Positions 1-9,359 of a stretch of DNA of 40,763 bases are shown here, piece after piece. This DNA is from an uncultured Muribaculaceae bacterium (lineage in GTDB: Bacteria > Bacillota_I > Bacilli_A > RF39 > UBA660). The notes below the pieces were generated by a model that searched no databases, was not told the origin of the DNA, and worked only from the letters and a program-made list of their open reading frames with translations. Position 1 is the stretch's first letter; each line of letters opens with the position of its first letter. Location of the stretch: the NCBI GenBank assembly GCA_964398265.1, contig CAYNLX010000001.1:1-40763 (forward strand), in the 5' to 3' direction. Position numbers and translations under genes: made by a program.

Positions 1-99
1 TATGTTAAGCAACTTAACCTAGTGTATCAGCAACCTTGCGCATCTAAGCAGTCATACAACGATAATTATACCATAAATTATATGTTTGTAAAGTGCTAA
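1..99 (+). CDS. possible 3' end of an edge-truncated CDS, product unknown
   Basis: Frame 1 is open from the window edge for 32 codons (..YVKQLNLVYQQPCASKQSYNDNYTINYMFVKC). It stops at TAA 97-99, 5 nt before the 104-141 hairpin. No family recognised. A non-coding alternative is given in the findings. Confidence 0.25.
   Translation, partial: YVKQLNLVYQQPCASKQSYNDNYTINYMFVKC
65..73 (-). promoter_or_regulatory. candidate extended -10 promoter (TGGTATAAT) firing leftwards out of the window
   Basis: The plus strand reads attatacca, which is TGGTATAAT on the minus strand. It lies just after the 104-141 terminator of the giant gene. Hexamer matches are weak evidence in DNA this AT-rich. Confidence 0.3.
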
Positions 100-103
100 A
101 ATG

Positions 104-141
104 AAAAAAAATATATACTTTTTACTGTATATATTTTTTTA
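104..141. terminator. bidirectional intrinsic terminator-like hairpin
   Basis: aaaaaaatatatac (105-118) pairs with gtatatattttttt (127-140) around an 8-nt loop. It has an A-tract on one side and a T-tract on the other. It sits 12 nt past the stop of the 153-6887 gene. The stem is almost all A-T. Confidence 0.45.
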
Positions 142-152
142 TAGTAATTATT

Positions 153-3100
153 TTATGGCACGATATTCGTTAATGTTCCTGTATTAGTGTGAATTATTCC
201 ACTATTCTTATTTGAATTTGAAGTAATCGTACCATTAAAAGTAAAATTACTAATAATTCCTGTTTCATAATTATTTGATATTAAATAATTATCAATATCA
301 TCCGTACTTGTAATACCATTTGCTACATTTAAAGTAATATTATTAATAGTACCCATATTTAAAGCTACAAGTAATCCTTCTTCTTCATATAAGCCTTTAG
401 TATTTTTTATTGAATTAAAATTATAAACTAAATCTTCAACTGTACCCTTATTTGCTGATACTATAAGAGGAAGTGAATAAGCTACAATATCATCGGAATG
501 ATTAATGGTATTATTTCCAATAATTCCTGTGTTTTCATTAATTCCAACTAAAGAAACGTTACCTTTTATAGTATTATCATGAATATTACCATAATTCATA
601 CTTGCAAAAGCAAGCCCGTTAGAATATTTATTGCTAACAAATTTATTTAATTCATCTTTATTTGTTATTTCATTAACATTTATAAACCTTGAAGAATAAT
701 ATGTTGTATAATATGTACCATTTTGTAAATCTAATAAAAGTCCAGAATCCAAACTATTTTCTAATAATTTAGATGCTTTTCTTGTTATAGTAATATTATT
801 ATTATATATTTCTCCATAATTAACTTCGGTTATAGCCCCAATTACTTCACCATCTAAACTTGCTGATAAAGGAGAAATACCCTGTGAAATTTCTGTGTTT
901 ATTGTATTAGAATATATTTTTGATTCGCTAGCAAAGTTCCTAGATATTAATGTTGATTTTAGTATTCCCTGTCCAGAAACTACATTATCGTAAATGTTAA
1001 CAGTAGCAGGATTACTATCATTATCAAATATTCCACTCACCAATCCAGAATAACCATGATTTGACATGACAATAAATTCATAATCATTATTAAAAAGGTC
1101 ATCACCAAAATCTAAATAATCAAATTCTGATTTAAAGTTTTCTATTTTATTTTCTGAAATATTTATGGAATTATTAGTATTAGTAATTACATCTCCTATT
1201 AAAGGATATGCACGGCCTAGTCCATATAAAAATGACTTTTGATTTAATGAAATAGTATTATTATTAACATCTAAATCTTTAGAAATAATATTTCTTCCAA
1301 ACAATCCAAATAATCTTGCTAGATCTCCAGTTGAAGATTCACCAAATACAGTTGGAAAATTATTTGGATCTGTTATTGTATTAACCCCCATATTATAATC
1401 ATAAAACATTTGTAAACCCGCATAATAATTAAGTATTCTTTGCTCATAAAAACTTTTTAATTCATCTGCTGATGTGTTGGACATTGTATCGTGAAAAGCG
1501 TTTGTTCTATAGTCATAAACATTAGTACAAGCTGATTCATTATAAGTATGATCTTCATATTCATCCCAAGGATAACATTTCCATTTAAATGCTTCATATA
1601 ATGTGTATAAACAATCCGGAGTTATATAATCAACATTATAACTGATTCCATTATTATTTGCTTCTGTCAATTCATTTGCTAAATATACACCTGCTACTAG
1701 TAAAGATGTATTTCCACCATTTATATCTAAAGAAATAGTGTTATTATTCATTTTTATTGGAACAGAATTACTATTATCTAATCCAGATAATCTATAAGCA
1801 ACTCCAAATATTACATTAGAATTATTCAAATTATTGGAAGCGGATAAGCCTGAACTATCTTGATTAATTTCTTTGTTTTTACAAACTTTTTCAGATAATT
1901 GATCATCAACTACATTAATGCTAATAGTATTATTATTAACATTTATTTCGCTAATATTATTTTTCAATTCTTTTGAATATAATACTTCTTTTGTAATACC
2001 GTATACTTCGCTTCCACTATTATTAATTATTATTTTGTTATTAATAAATGAAGTGTTGTATCCATTAAAACATATTCCTGCAAAAGGAGTTAATGTAGTT
2101 GTATAGTAGTTTTCTACATCAAATACATAAGATTCATTTGAAATAGTAGTTATATCCATTTCATTATTAGTATATAAAACATTTTCTGAATAACCACCTA
2201 TACCTGCAATAAGACTATGGTATTCTCCATTTGATTTATGATATACATTACTGTTGCTTATTTTAACATTTTCTACTGTAGAATTTTTAATACTTTTAAC
2301 AATCAATCCTGTTGTTAATGATTCATTATTATTAATTAATCCATAATAATTATAATTACTAATGTTTAAATCATGTATATATGAATGATCTAATGATTCA
2401 AATAAAGATTCTGAATTCTCATTGTTATTGGTGTTATTACTGCTATTATTTAAATTCATAATTGTTTTATTATTTCCATCAAGTTCTATTGATAGTGATA
2501 CACTTTCAACATCATTCACTACTGCTGAATACTTAACAGCATAAGTTCCAATATCTTCGGCTGTTACTGTATCCAATGTACTATTCCATGTTCTAGAACT
2601 AAAATTAAACTTTTTGTAAACATGATTAGTATCATCATATTTATAGAAATTTTCTGAAACATAAACATTATCATTATCAGTATCTAATTCATCAGTTGTA
2701 CTTTCCCATGTTTTATTTGATTCATTATATAAATACACTGTACCATTATCTAGTCTATATATTTTGTTATCTACATAAATAATTGATGTTTCATTATTAT
2801 TTGTTTTTCCAATATGTATATATCCATATGAGTTACTAATACCATTTCCAAATGTACTATATTTATATTGATCATTTAAATATATATCAATTATCTGATC
2901 TTGAATTCTATATGGATAATAATCAACTCTTACATCGGTAACATCTGATTCAGAATATTCAGTAGGATAATCCGTTTGAAAATTTGATACCAAATCTTCA
3001 AAAGAGTCACCATCTCCTAAATATTTATATGTATGTTCTCTATAATAATCAATATTATAAAAACTATTATTATATTTATAAAAATATTCATCTATGCCAC

Positions 3101-6100
3101 ACATTTCACATAATTCATCCATTTTTCTTTCATATATTTCATATGAACCATCATTTTTTTGTCTTGCTTCCTCATAATCTATTCCCTTTTCAAAAGTAAC
3201 TGTTTTTTCTATTTGTATTGGTTCATTATTTTCAATATAAAAATTAAATAAAATATAATTTTCATTTTCGCTAGGAGAAACTACAAGTATTTCATCAGGA
3301 TTACGGAAATTAATTGTTTGTGCATTAACTCCCCACCCTATTGTGTAATTATTAAAACGATTGCTTAATTCTGATTTATATTCTTTTGCAGATATTATAT
3401 ACATCGTGTTTGTATCATACTCATATTTATCAACAGTATTATTATTTGTATATGCTATTATTCCCTTTTCTTTATCAAAAGAATAGTATTGATATTTAGA
3501 ATTACTTTCGCATATCCCTTCTTCTCCTAAAGAAAAACAATTCTCACCATTATTTTCATAATATTTAACATAAGCAGAATATTTATCTCCATTAGCCTCT
3601 GTTTTATATGCTACTCCATTGTTGTCAAAATAATAAATGCCGTTCATTTCTTCATTTATAAGTTCTAAACTATTATTAACGCTATTATAAGTTGCATTCA
3701 TACCTTCTTCAATAAAATCATTGCTAGTCATCATTATCAATTCATCTAAATAAACTAATACATAATTATTAGAATTGTATGTCACTATTTTAATGGTTTT
3801 TTCTTCATCACTTTTACCATCTAATGATATTTCGTTTGAATCAACAGTAATTGATGTGATAATGTTATTTTCATTATAATTTATTGTTATGATAGCACTA
3901 TCGTATTTTTTCTTGGCTTGAATTACATTATTTATATTATCAATATTAGTGATTTCTAATCCTTCAAAAAGTTTTAATATTTCAGTATTAGAATCATATT
4001 TTGCATATAATTCCACTCCTTGTTCAATCATATTATATTCATATTTACTAGTATATTCAATTATATCATTATTACTTGTATCATATTTAATTTCAGTTAC
4101 AGTACCTTCTTCAGAATTAGTAATTTTAATTTCACCTATTGATTTATCAACTTCAACAGCTTCACTATTTAATAAATACTGATTGTTTTTAAATGTAAAA
4201 TATTCATTATCATTTTCATCAAATTCAAATACAATTTTTTCTTTTAAGTTTAATATAGTATCAAACTTTGTTACTTCATATGTTTCTGGATTATAATTAA
4301 GTTCAAAATCATAATCGTTATTATCAGAACTACTATTATTTTTATAACTTCCAGTTATTATTCCATTATCTTTTTTCTGAGTATCTATATTATCAGCAAA
4401 TACATATCCACTTCTAATCGTAGCATTTTGGATAACTAAATTCTTTAATAACATATTATTTTTGCTTGCAGTTTTTCCAGAATAGCCCAATATTTTGATT
4501 GATTCAACTCCGACTAAATCATTTTGCTTTCCCCAAGTACTTGTGCTACTAAAAGGATTGCTATAGTCGTTTCCATTTCCGATATATTTATATACATCGT
4601 TATTATCAATTTTATATTGATTATCTCCGGCGTTAATTACATATGCAGTATAATTATTTCCATAAGATTGATTATCATATTTATAAAAATTAATCTCAGT
4701 TTTTTTTGATTCACTATTTAAAAATTTCACTACTGAATAAGGTATATCAACAGAAATTTTTTGTAATATTTTTTTTGTATCAATTGCAGTTATTTTAGAA
4801 GAAATTGATCCAGAAGCCTTAATGGTATTATACTTAGTATTGTTATAATCTAGATTATTCATTAATCTATATTTTCCATTTGAAGACATATAATATGAAG
4901 TTCCATTTATTATTCTATTAACATTTGACCCGATTGCTTCAAAGTCTTCAATAGAATAAATTGGAATATATACACTACTTATTTTATCATCTATTATTAT
5001 TTCTTCTTGATTACCAGCTTTATCTATTGCAACAATTCTGATTACATCTTCTTGAGTTTTACTATATGTTTTATATAACACTTTTAAATCTACTGCATCA
5101 ATAATACCGGTTTCACAATTGACATTAGCAGTTTGATATTCAGAATCAGAATCAATATAACATCTTTCTGGTACACCATTTTTAAATAGAACTACAGCAT
5201 TTAAATTTTTATCTGATGCTTGATAATTAATATCACTCTCATAAGTGTTTCTTAATTCATTTACTACATATGGCTTTTGTTTATCTATTGTAAATGTTAC
5301 TTCATCGTTATTTCCATATTTATTTTCTACATATAGGTTGTATGTTCCTTCTTCTGAAAGCGTATCTCCAAATTCAAAAGAATAATATATTCCATCTTTT
5401 TTTAATACTGCTATGGTAGGAGTACCATGTACTTCAGGTTCAACATTTACATTGTAATAATTATTATTTATTATTTTTAATATTTTTATAGTTTTATCAA
5501 TACATTTTGTTTCAACTTTGAAAGTTGTTTCAGCTTTATTACCAGCTTTATCTGTTACATTTATATAATATAAACCTGCTTCAGTTATTGTTGAAGTTAT
5601 AACAGAATTCTCACCATTTCTAGTAAATACTATCTTATCTATATTAGTCTCATTTATATTTGGAGTAACACTTGTCGTACATGCTTCAGGCATTCCTTCT
5701 ATCACAGGTGATGTTTTATCTATATTAAATTCTGTTGTTTTTGTTTCACTTATGTTGTCATAATTATCTTTTACTTTTATTTTTAAATTCTTATTGCCTT
5801 CTTTTTTATATATAACACTACTATTATTACTCCATGTATTTCCATTATCATATGAGTATTCTTTTATTCCACTTTCATCTATTGCATTTATTGTTACGCT
5901 AACATTTCCACTACACCAATTTTCATTCTTAAATCCATTCTCACATGTTGTTGTTACAGTAAGCGTTGGAGATGTTTTATCTTCATCAATTATTGGATTA
6001 CTAGTTTCTTCTTCTTCATAAATATATTTATAACTAAATGTTACACTTACATTCGTTGCATTATCTTTTACTTTTAATCTATACGTATTTGTTGCAGTTA

Positions 6101-6887
6101 CTTTTGTTATATCTAAAGTACTTTCTTTTATCCATGTTTTTCCATCATCAAATGAATATTCATTTATTCCACTTAAGTTATCTACAGCATTTATTACTAA
6201 ATATTTTTTATCATCTTTTTTGATAACTTTTACTGATTCTACTTTTGGTATTTCTTTATCTATATTTTTTACTTCATATGTTTTTGTTTTACTTTCATTT
6301 CCATTTTCATCTTTTATTTGTACATCAAATGTTTCATTCTTTTTTATTATTTTTTTTGATACTCCATTACAATTTGTATTATAACAATATTCTTTTATAT
6401 TTTCTTCATTTGGTACAATTTCTATTTCTACATCTTTATTTGTCCATTCATTACTTATTCCTTTAACACTAAAATCTAGTAATGTTGGATTTCTTACTAT
6501 TTCTACTTTTATACTTTTCTTTTCATACATACTTCCTTTGTATGCTTTATAATATACTGTGAATTTATCTCCTATTTTGTTTGTTGTTACTTCTTCAACT
6601 TTTTCTTTGTTTTTATATATTGTAATTTCTATATTTACTGCTTTTTTTGCTTTATCATATGCTTTTGCTGTTGGTAATGAAAAATTAGTATTATGTAATA
6701 CATAATATGTTTTTTCATCTAATTCTAATGTTAAAGAATCTTTATATGCTTTTGTATATCTACTTACTGTATCTATTGCTTCACTTCCACATGATTTTAC
6801 AAACAAAAGAAGTAATAATAATATTATTATTACAAAAATAATTCTAGCTAGATTAAACCTAATATTTTTTTCCTTCTTTTTTTCCAT
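153..6887 (-). CDS. giant N-terminally anchored cell-surface protein: Ig-like beta-sandwich repeats, a Tyr/Asn-rich middle region and a GLUG-type beta-helix C-terminal region
   Basis: Uninterrupted 6.7-kb ORF. The ORF track starts at ATG 6914, but a TATAAT box (6913-6918) overlaps that ATG. The second ATG at 6887 gives a classic MEKKKEKNIRF + 20-residue hydrophobic N-terminus, with AAGGA 11 nt upstream. Repeat strings: SGI(N/K)EYS(F/Y)D.G.TW x2, DKAGN x2, DK..P linkers. The C-terminal units look like LIAGIGGYSEN, LVALNMGTINNITLNV and TGIISNFTFNGTI. There is no LPXTG or other C-terminal anchor. Confidence 0.85.
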   Translation of the reverse strand: MEKKKEKNIRFNLARIIFVIIILLLLLLFVKSCGSEAIDTVSRYTKAYKDSLTLELDEKTYYVLHNTNFSLPTAKAYDKAKKAVNIEITIYKNKEKVEEVTTNKIGDKFTVYYKAYKGSMYEKKSIKVEIVRNPTLLDFSVKGISNEWTNKDVEIEIVPNEENIKEYCYNTNCNGVSKKIIKKNETFDVQIKDENGNESKTKTYEVKNIDKEIPKVESVKVIKKDDKKYLVINAVDNLSGINEYSFDDGKTWIKESTLDITKVTATNTYRLKVKDNATNVSVTFSYKYIYEEEETSNPIIDEDKTSPTLTVTTTCENGFKNENWCSGNVSVTINAIDESGIKEYSYDNGNTWSNNSSVIYKKEGNKNLKIKVKDNYDNISETKTTEFNIDKTSPVIEGMPEACTTSVTPNINETNIDKIVFTRNGENSVITSTITEAGLYYINVTDKAGNKAETTFKVETKCIDKTIKILKIINNNYYNVNVEPEVHGTPTIAVLKKDGIYYSFEFGDTLSEEGTYNLYVENKYGNNDEVTFTIDKQKPYVVNELRNTYESDINYQASDKNLNAVVLFKNGVPERCYIDSDSEYQTANVNCETGIIDAVDLKVLYKTYSKTQEDVIRIVAIDKAGNQEEIIIDDKISSVYIPIYSIEDFEAIGSNVNRIINGTSYYMSSNGKYRLMNNLDYNNTKYNTIKASGSISSKITAIDTKKILQKISVDIPYSVVKFLNSESKKTEINFYKYDNQSYGNNYTAYVINAGDNQYKIDNNDVYKYIGNGNDYSNPFSSTSTWGKQNDLVGVESIKILGYSGKTASKNNMLLKNLVIQNATIRSGYVFADNIDTQKKDNGIITGSYKNNSSSDNNDYDFELNYNPETYEVTKFDTILNLKEKIVFEFDENDNEYFTFKNNQYLLNSEAVEVDKSIGEIKITNSEEGTVTEIKYDTSNNDIIEYTSKYEYNMIEQGVELYAKYDSNTEILKLFEGLEITNIDNINNVIQAKKKYDSAIITINYNENNIITSITVDSNEISLDGKSDEEKTIKIVTYNSNNYVLVYLDELIMMTSNDFIEEGMNATYNSVNNSLELINEEMNGIYYFDNNGVAYKTEANGDKYSAYVKYYENNGENCFSLGEEGICESNSKYQYYSFDKEKGIIAYTNNNTVDKYEYDTNTMYIISAKEYKSELSNRFNNYTIGWGVNAQTINFRNPDEILVVSPSENENYILFNFYIENNEPIQIEKTVTFEKGIDYEEARQKNDGSYEIYERKMDELCEMCGIDEYFYKYNNSFYNIDYYREHTYKYLGDGDSFEDLVSNFQTDYPTEYSESDVTDVRVDYYPYRIQDQIIDIYLNDQYKYSTFGNGISNSYGYIHIGKTNNNETSIIYVDNKIYRLDNGTVYLYNESNKTWESTTDELDTDNDNVYVSENFYKYDDTNHVYKKFNFSSRTWNSTLDTVTAEDIGTYAVKYSAVVNDVESVSLSIELDGNNKTIMNLNNSSNNTNNNENSESLFESLDHSYIHDLNISNYNYYGLINNNESLTTGLIVKSIKNSTVENVKISNSNVYHKSNGEYHSLIAGIGGYSENVLYTNNEMDITTISNESYVFDVENYYTTTLTPFAGICFNGYNTSFINNKIIINNSGSEVYGITKEVLYSKELKNNISEINVNNNTISINVVDDQLSEKVCKNKEINQDSSGLSASNNLNNSNVIFGVAYRLSGLDNSNSVPIKMNNNTISLDINGGNTSLLVAGVYLANELTEANNNGISYNVDYITPDCLYTLYEAFKWKCYPWDEYEDHTYNESACTNVYDYRTNAFHDTMSNTSADELKSFYEQRILNYYAGLQMFYDYNMGVNTITDPNNFPTVFGESSTGDLARLFGLFGRNIISKDLDVNNNTISLNQKSFLYGLGRAYPLIGDVITNTNNSINISENKIENFKSEFDYLDFGDDLFNNDYEFIVMSNHGYSGLVSGIFDNDSNPATVNIYDNVVSGQGILKSTLISRNFASESKIYSNTINTEISQGISPLSASLDGEVIGAITEVNYGEIYNNNITITRKASKLLENSLDSGLLLDLQNGTYYTTYYSSRFINVNEITNKDELNKFVSNKYSNGLAFASMNYGNIHDNTIKGNVSLVGINENTGIIGNNTINHSDDIVAYSLPLIVSANKGTVEDLVYNFNSIKNTKGLYEEEGLLVALNMGTINNITLNVANGITSTDDIDNYLISNNYETGIISNFTFNGTITSNSNKNSGIIHTNTGTLTNIVP

Positions 6888-6962
6888 ACTAAATTCTATC
6901 CTTATATTTACCATTATACTATAATTCTTTAATATTAAAAAGTATAAAAATAATTTTTTGAT

Positions 6963-8462
6963 TTATTTAAATAAATTATTAGTATTTTTCATTTCTTTTG
7001 GTAAAGATATGTCCATATATTTTAAAATAGTAGGAGCTACGTTTGTAAGATCTCCGTCTTTAACTTCTACTTTAGTATCAGTAATAATGAACGGAACTTT
7101 AGAAATAGTATGTGTTGTTACAATTCTATCTTCATCATCTAACATTATATCTGCATTACCATGATCTCCTAAAATAAATGCAGTATAAAAATTATCTTTA
7201 GAGGATTCAATTACTTTTTCTAAACATTTATCTAATATTTCTAGTGCTTTAATCGTAGCTTCCATATTACCAGTATGCCCTACCATATCAGGATTTGCAT
7301 AATTTACTAAAATAAAATCATAATCCTTTTCCATACACTGAATAACTTTTTGCGTAATTTCTAATGCACTCATTTCTGGTTTTAAATCATAAGTAGCTAC
7401 TTTAGGAGAAGGTATTAAAAATTTATCACATTTATTAAGATTACCTTGATATAATCCATCAAAGAATTTAGTAACATGTGAATATTTCTCTGTTTCCGCT
7501 ATTCTTGCTTGACTTAATCCTAAGTCAGAAAAGTACTTTCCTAAACTATTATTTATTTCTTCGTTTTCTAACAATGAATGCACATTTACTTTTTTATCTA
7601 TTGGAAAAAACGAATAACATTGTAAATTATTTATCATTTTTGTAGGAAATTTATTAAACCCTTTATCAGATAAAGATTCCATTAGTTGTATCCCACGATC
7701 ACTTCTATAGTTTATCCAGAATGCTACATCATTATCTTTAATTATGCCATTTGGATTAATTAATATTGGTGGTAAAAATTCATCCGTTACTTTTTTTTGA
7801 TAGCATTTTTCTATAGTTTCTTTTAAATTATTAGTAGTTAATCCAATTCCTTTGGTTATTAAATCATACATAGTCTTTGTTCTACTATAGTTTTGATCTC
7901 TATCCATAGCATAATATCTTCCACAGATACTTGCTATTTTACCAACACCTATTTCTGTAATGTTTTTTTGAACATCTAATATATATTTCATTGAATCTTT
8001 TGAATAAGTATCTCTTCCATCTGTAATAAGATGTAAATAAATGTTTGATACATTATGTTGTTTAAATTTTTTTAGTATAGAAAAGAAATGTCTATATAAT
8101 GAATGAACTCCTCCATCTGAGCATAGTCCGATTAAATGTACATTACTATTGTTATCTTTAATATTCTTTAACATTTCTAAAAAGTCTTCATCATTATCTA
8201 TTTCATCTTCTAAAAATTCATCTATTCTCGTAGCCTGATGTTTTATATATCTTCCAGCTCCGATAATCATATGTCCTACTTCACTATTACCAAATTGTCC
8301 TTTTGGAAGGCCAACTGATTCTTCACTGGCGGATAATAAAGAATTTGGATATTTACTTAAAAGAGAATTAAAATATGGCATATTAGAATCTTTTATTGCA
8401 TTGCCATGTGTTTCTTCTCTTATACCAAATCCATCAAGAATAACAGTTAAAATCTTTTTCAT
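6963..8462 (-). CDS. gpmI: 2,3-bisphosphoglycerate-independent phosphoglycerate mutase
   Basis: N-terminus MKKILTVILDGFGIREETHGNAI; GNSEVGHMIIGAGR, the phosphoserine region; C-terminal DHGNAD metal site. The 499-aa length is typical. SD AGGTGA lies 4 nt upstream of the ATG. Confidence 0.95.
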   Translation of the reverse strand: MKKILTVILDGFGIREETHGNAIKDSNMPYFNSLLSKYPNSLLSASEESVGLPKGQFGNSEVGHMIIGAGRYIKHQATRIDEFLEDEIDNDEDFLEMLKNIKDNNSNVHLIGLCSDGGVHSLYRHFFSILKKFKQHNVSNIYLHLITDGRDTYSKDSMKYILDVQKNITEIGVGKIASICGRYYAMDRDQNYSRTKTMYDLITKGIGLTTNNLKETIEKCYQKKVTDEFLPPILINPNGIIKDNDVAFWINYRSDRGIQLMESLSDKGFNKFPTKMINNLQCYSFFPIDKKVNVHSLLENEEINNSLGKYFSDLGLSQARIAETEKYSHVTKFFDGLYQGNLNKCDKFLIPSPKVATYDLKPEMSALEITQKVIQCMEKDYDFILVNYANPDMVGHTGNMEATIKALEILDKCLEKVIESSKDNFYTAFILGDHGNADIMLDDEDRIVTTHTISKVPFIITDTKVEVKDGDLTNVAPTILKYMDISLPKEMKNTNNLFK

Positions 8463-8520
8463 GTTTTCACCTACTATAATTCTATAACATAAATAAAAAA
8501 ATAAAAATTTTTATTGTAAT

Positions 8521-9285
8521 TTATACTCTAATACATAAAGTGTCTAATCTTAATTTATCTGCTAAAGTAACAATAAATTCTGAATTAGTAGGTTTAGCTT
8601 TATCATAATCAACACTATGTCCAAAAATATCTTCCATTAGATCATAATCTCCACGATTCCAACTTACTTCAATTGCATGACGAATAGCTCTTTCTACTCT
8701 TGAAGCTGTTGTTTCATACTTTCCTGCAATACTAGGATATAATTCCTTTGTAATTCCTCCGATTAAATCAGGATTCTCATACATTAAATATATTCCGTCT
8801 CTTATATATTGATATCCTTTAATATGAGATGGAATACCTAATGAATGAAGAAGTTTAGTGATTTGTTGATGCATAGAATTATTATTAGCTTTTTCTGTCG
8901 TACAATTAGAATTCATAATAGATAATATTCTATTTTCTAATACACTTATATTATATGGTTTTAAGATATAATAATTAACACCATATTCGCTAACCTCTCT
9001 AATTACTTCATCATTGTTATAACTAGATACTACTATTATTTTTTTATTGATATTTTGTTCTTTTAAATTATTTAAAATGTAAAATCCATCCTGTTCTGGC
9101 ATTATCATATCCATTACAATAACGTCATAGTCTTTTTCATTATGAATAATCTTTTCTAAGCCTTCTAAGCCATTCTTAGCTACTAAGGCAATATCAATTA
9201 CTGCGTGATTACTGAAATACTTCTTTACTTTTTCTCTTTGGATAGTATTATCATCTATCAAGAGAATACGTATTTTTTCTTTCAT
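8521..9285 (-). CDS. spo0A: sporulation master response regulator Spo0A
   Basis: The REC domain has the LLIDDN acidic pocket and the VIVMDMIMP phospho-Asp. The C-terminal effector domain carries the Spo0A-specific strings GIPSHIKGYQYIRDGI, TTASRVERAIRHAIEVSWNRG and KPTNSEFIVTLADKLRL. SD GAGGGAG is upstream. Confidence 0.93.
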   Translation of the reverse strand: MKEKIRILLIDDNTIQREKVKKYFSNHAVIDIALVAKNGLEGLEKIIHNEKDYDVIVMDMIMPEQDGFYILNNLKEQNINKKIIVVSSYNNDEVIREVSEYGVNYYILKPYNISVLENRILSIMNSNCTTEKANNNSMHQQITKLLHSLGIPSHIKGYQYIRDGIYLMYENPDLIGGITKELYPSIAGKYETTASRVERAIRHAIEVSWNRGDYDLMEDIFGHSVDYDKAKPTNSEFIVTLADKLRLDTLCIRV

Positions 9286-9319
9286 GTTTTTCTCCCTCTA
9301 TACTACACGCAATTCTATT

Positions 9320-9359
9320 ATAAAAAATAAAAAGACAAAATACTAGAAAATACTTTGTC
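9320..9359 (-). terminator. intrinsic terminator after pgk
   Basis: The minus-strand RNA reads GACAAAGUA-UUUUCUAG-UAUUUUGUC, a 9-bp stem with one G-U pair, followed by UUUUUAUUUUUU. The mismatch would be A-C on the plus strand, so the hairpin favours the minus strand. Confidence 0.6.

Noticed and set aside
13-49. 23S-rRNA-like strings at the window edge: GCATCTAAGC (40-49), CTTAACCT (13-20), and GGTTAAGTT on the minus strand.
   Set aside because: Their order and orientation do not fit either end of a 23S gene. The match to the 23S 5' end breaks after 9 nt (GGTTAAGTTGCTTAACATA instead of ..AAGGGCGCA..). These are short conserved-looking words only.
1918-6466. Seven plus-strand ORFs of 61-77 aa inside the giant gene (1918-2106, 2984-3199, 3949-4182, 4524-4709, 5794-6021, 6038-6223, 6245-6466).
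   Set aside because: They are antisense to a continuous 6.7-kb ORF. Their products are L/F/I/S/H-rich strings, as expected from reading N/E/K/D-rich codons backwards. I see no SD sequences, and the frames stay open only because of compositional bias.
8500-8515. The A/T-only palindrome AATAAAAATTTTTATT after spo0A, considered as a possible terminator.
   Set aside because: It has no G-C pairs and effectively no loop. Such palindromes are frequent in this composition, so I do not count it as a terminator. This is why spo0A-gpmI read-through is considered possible.
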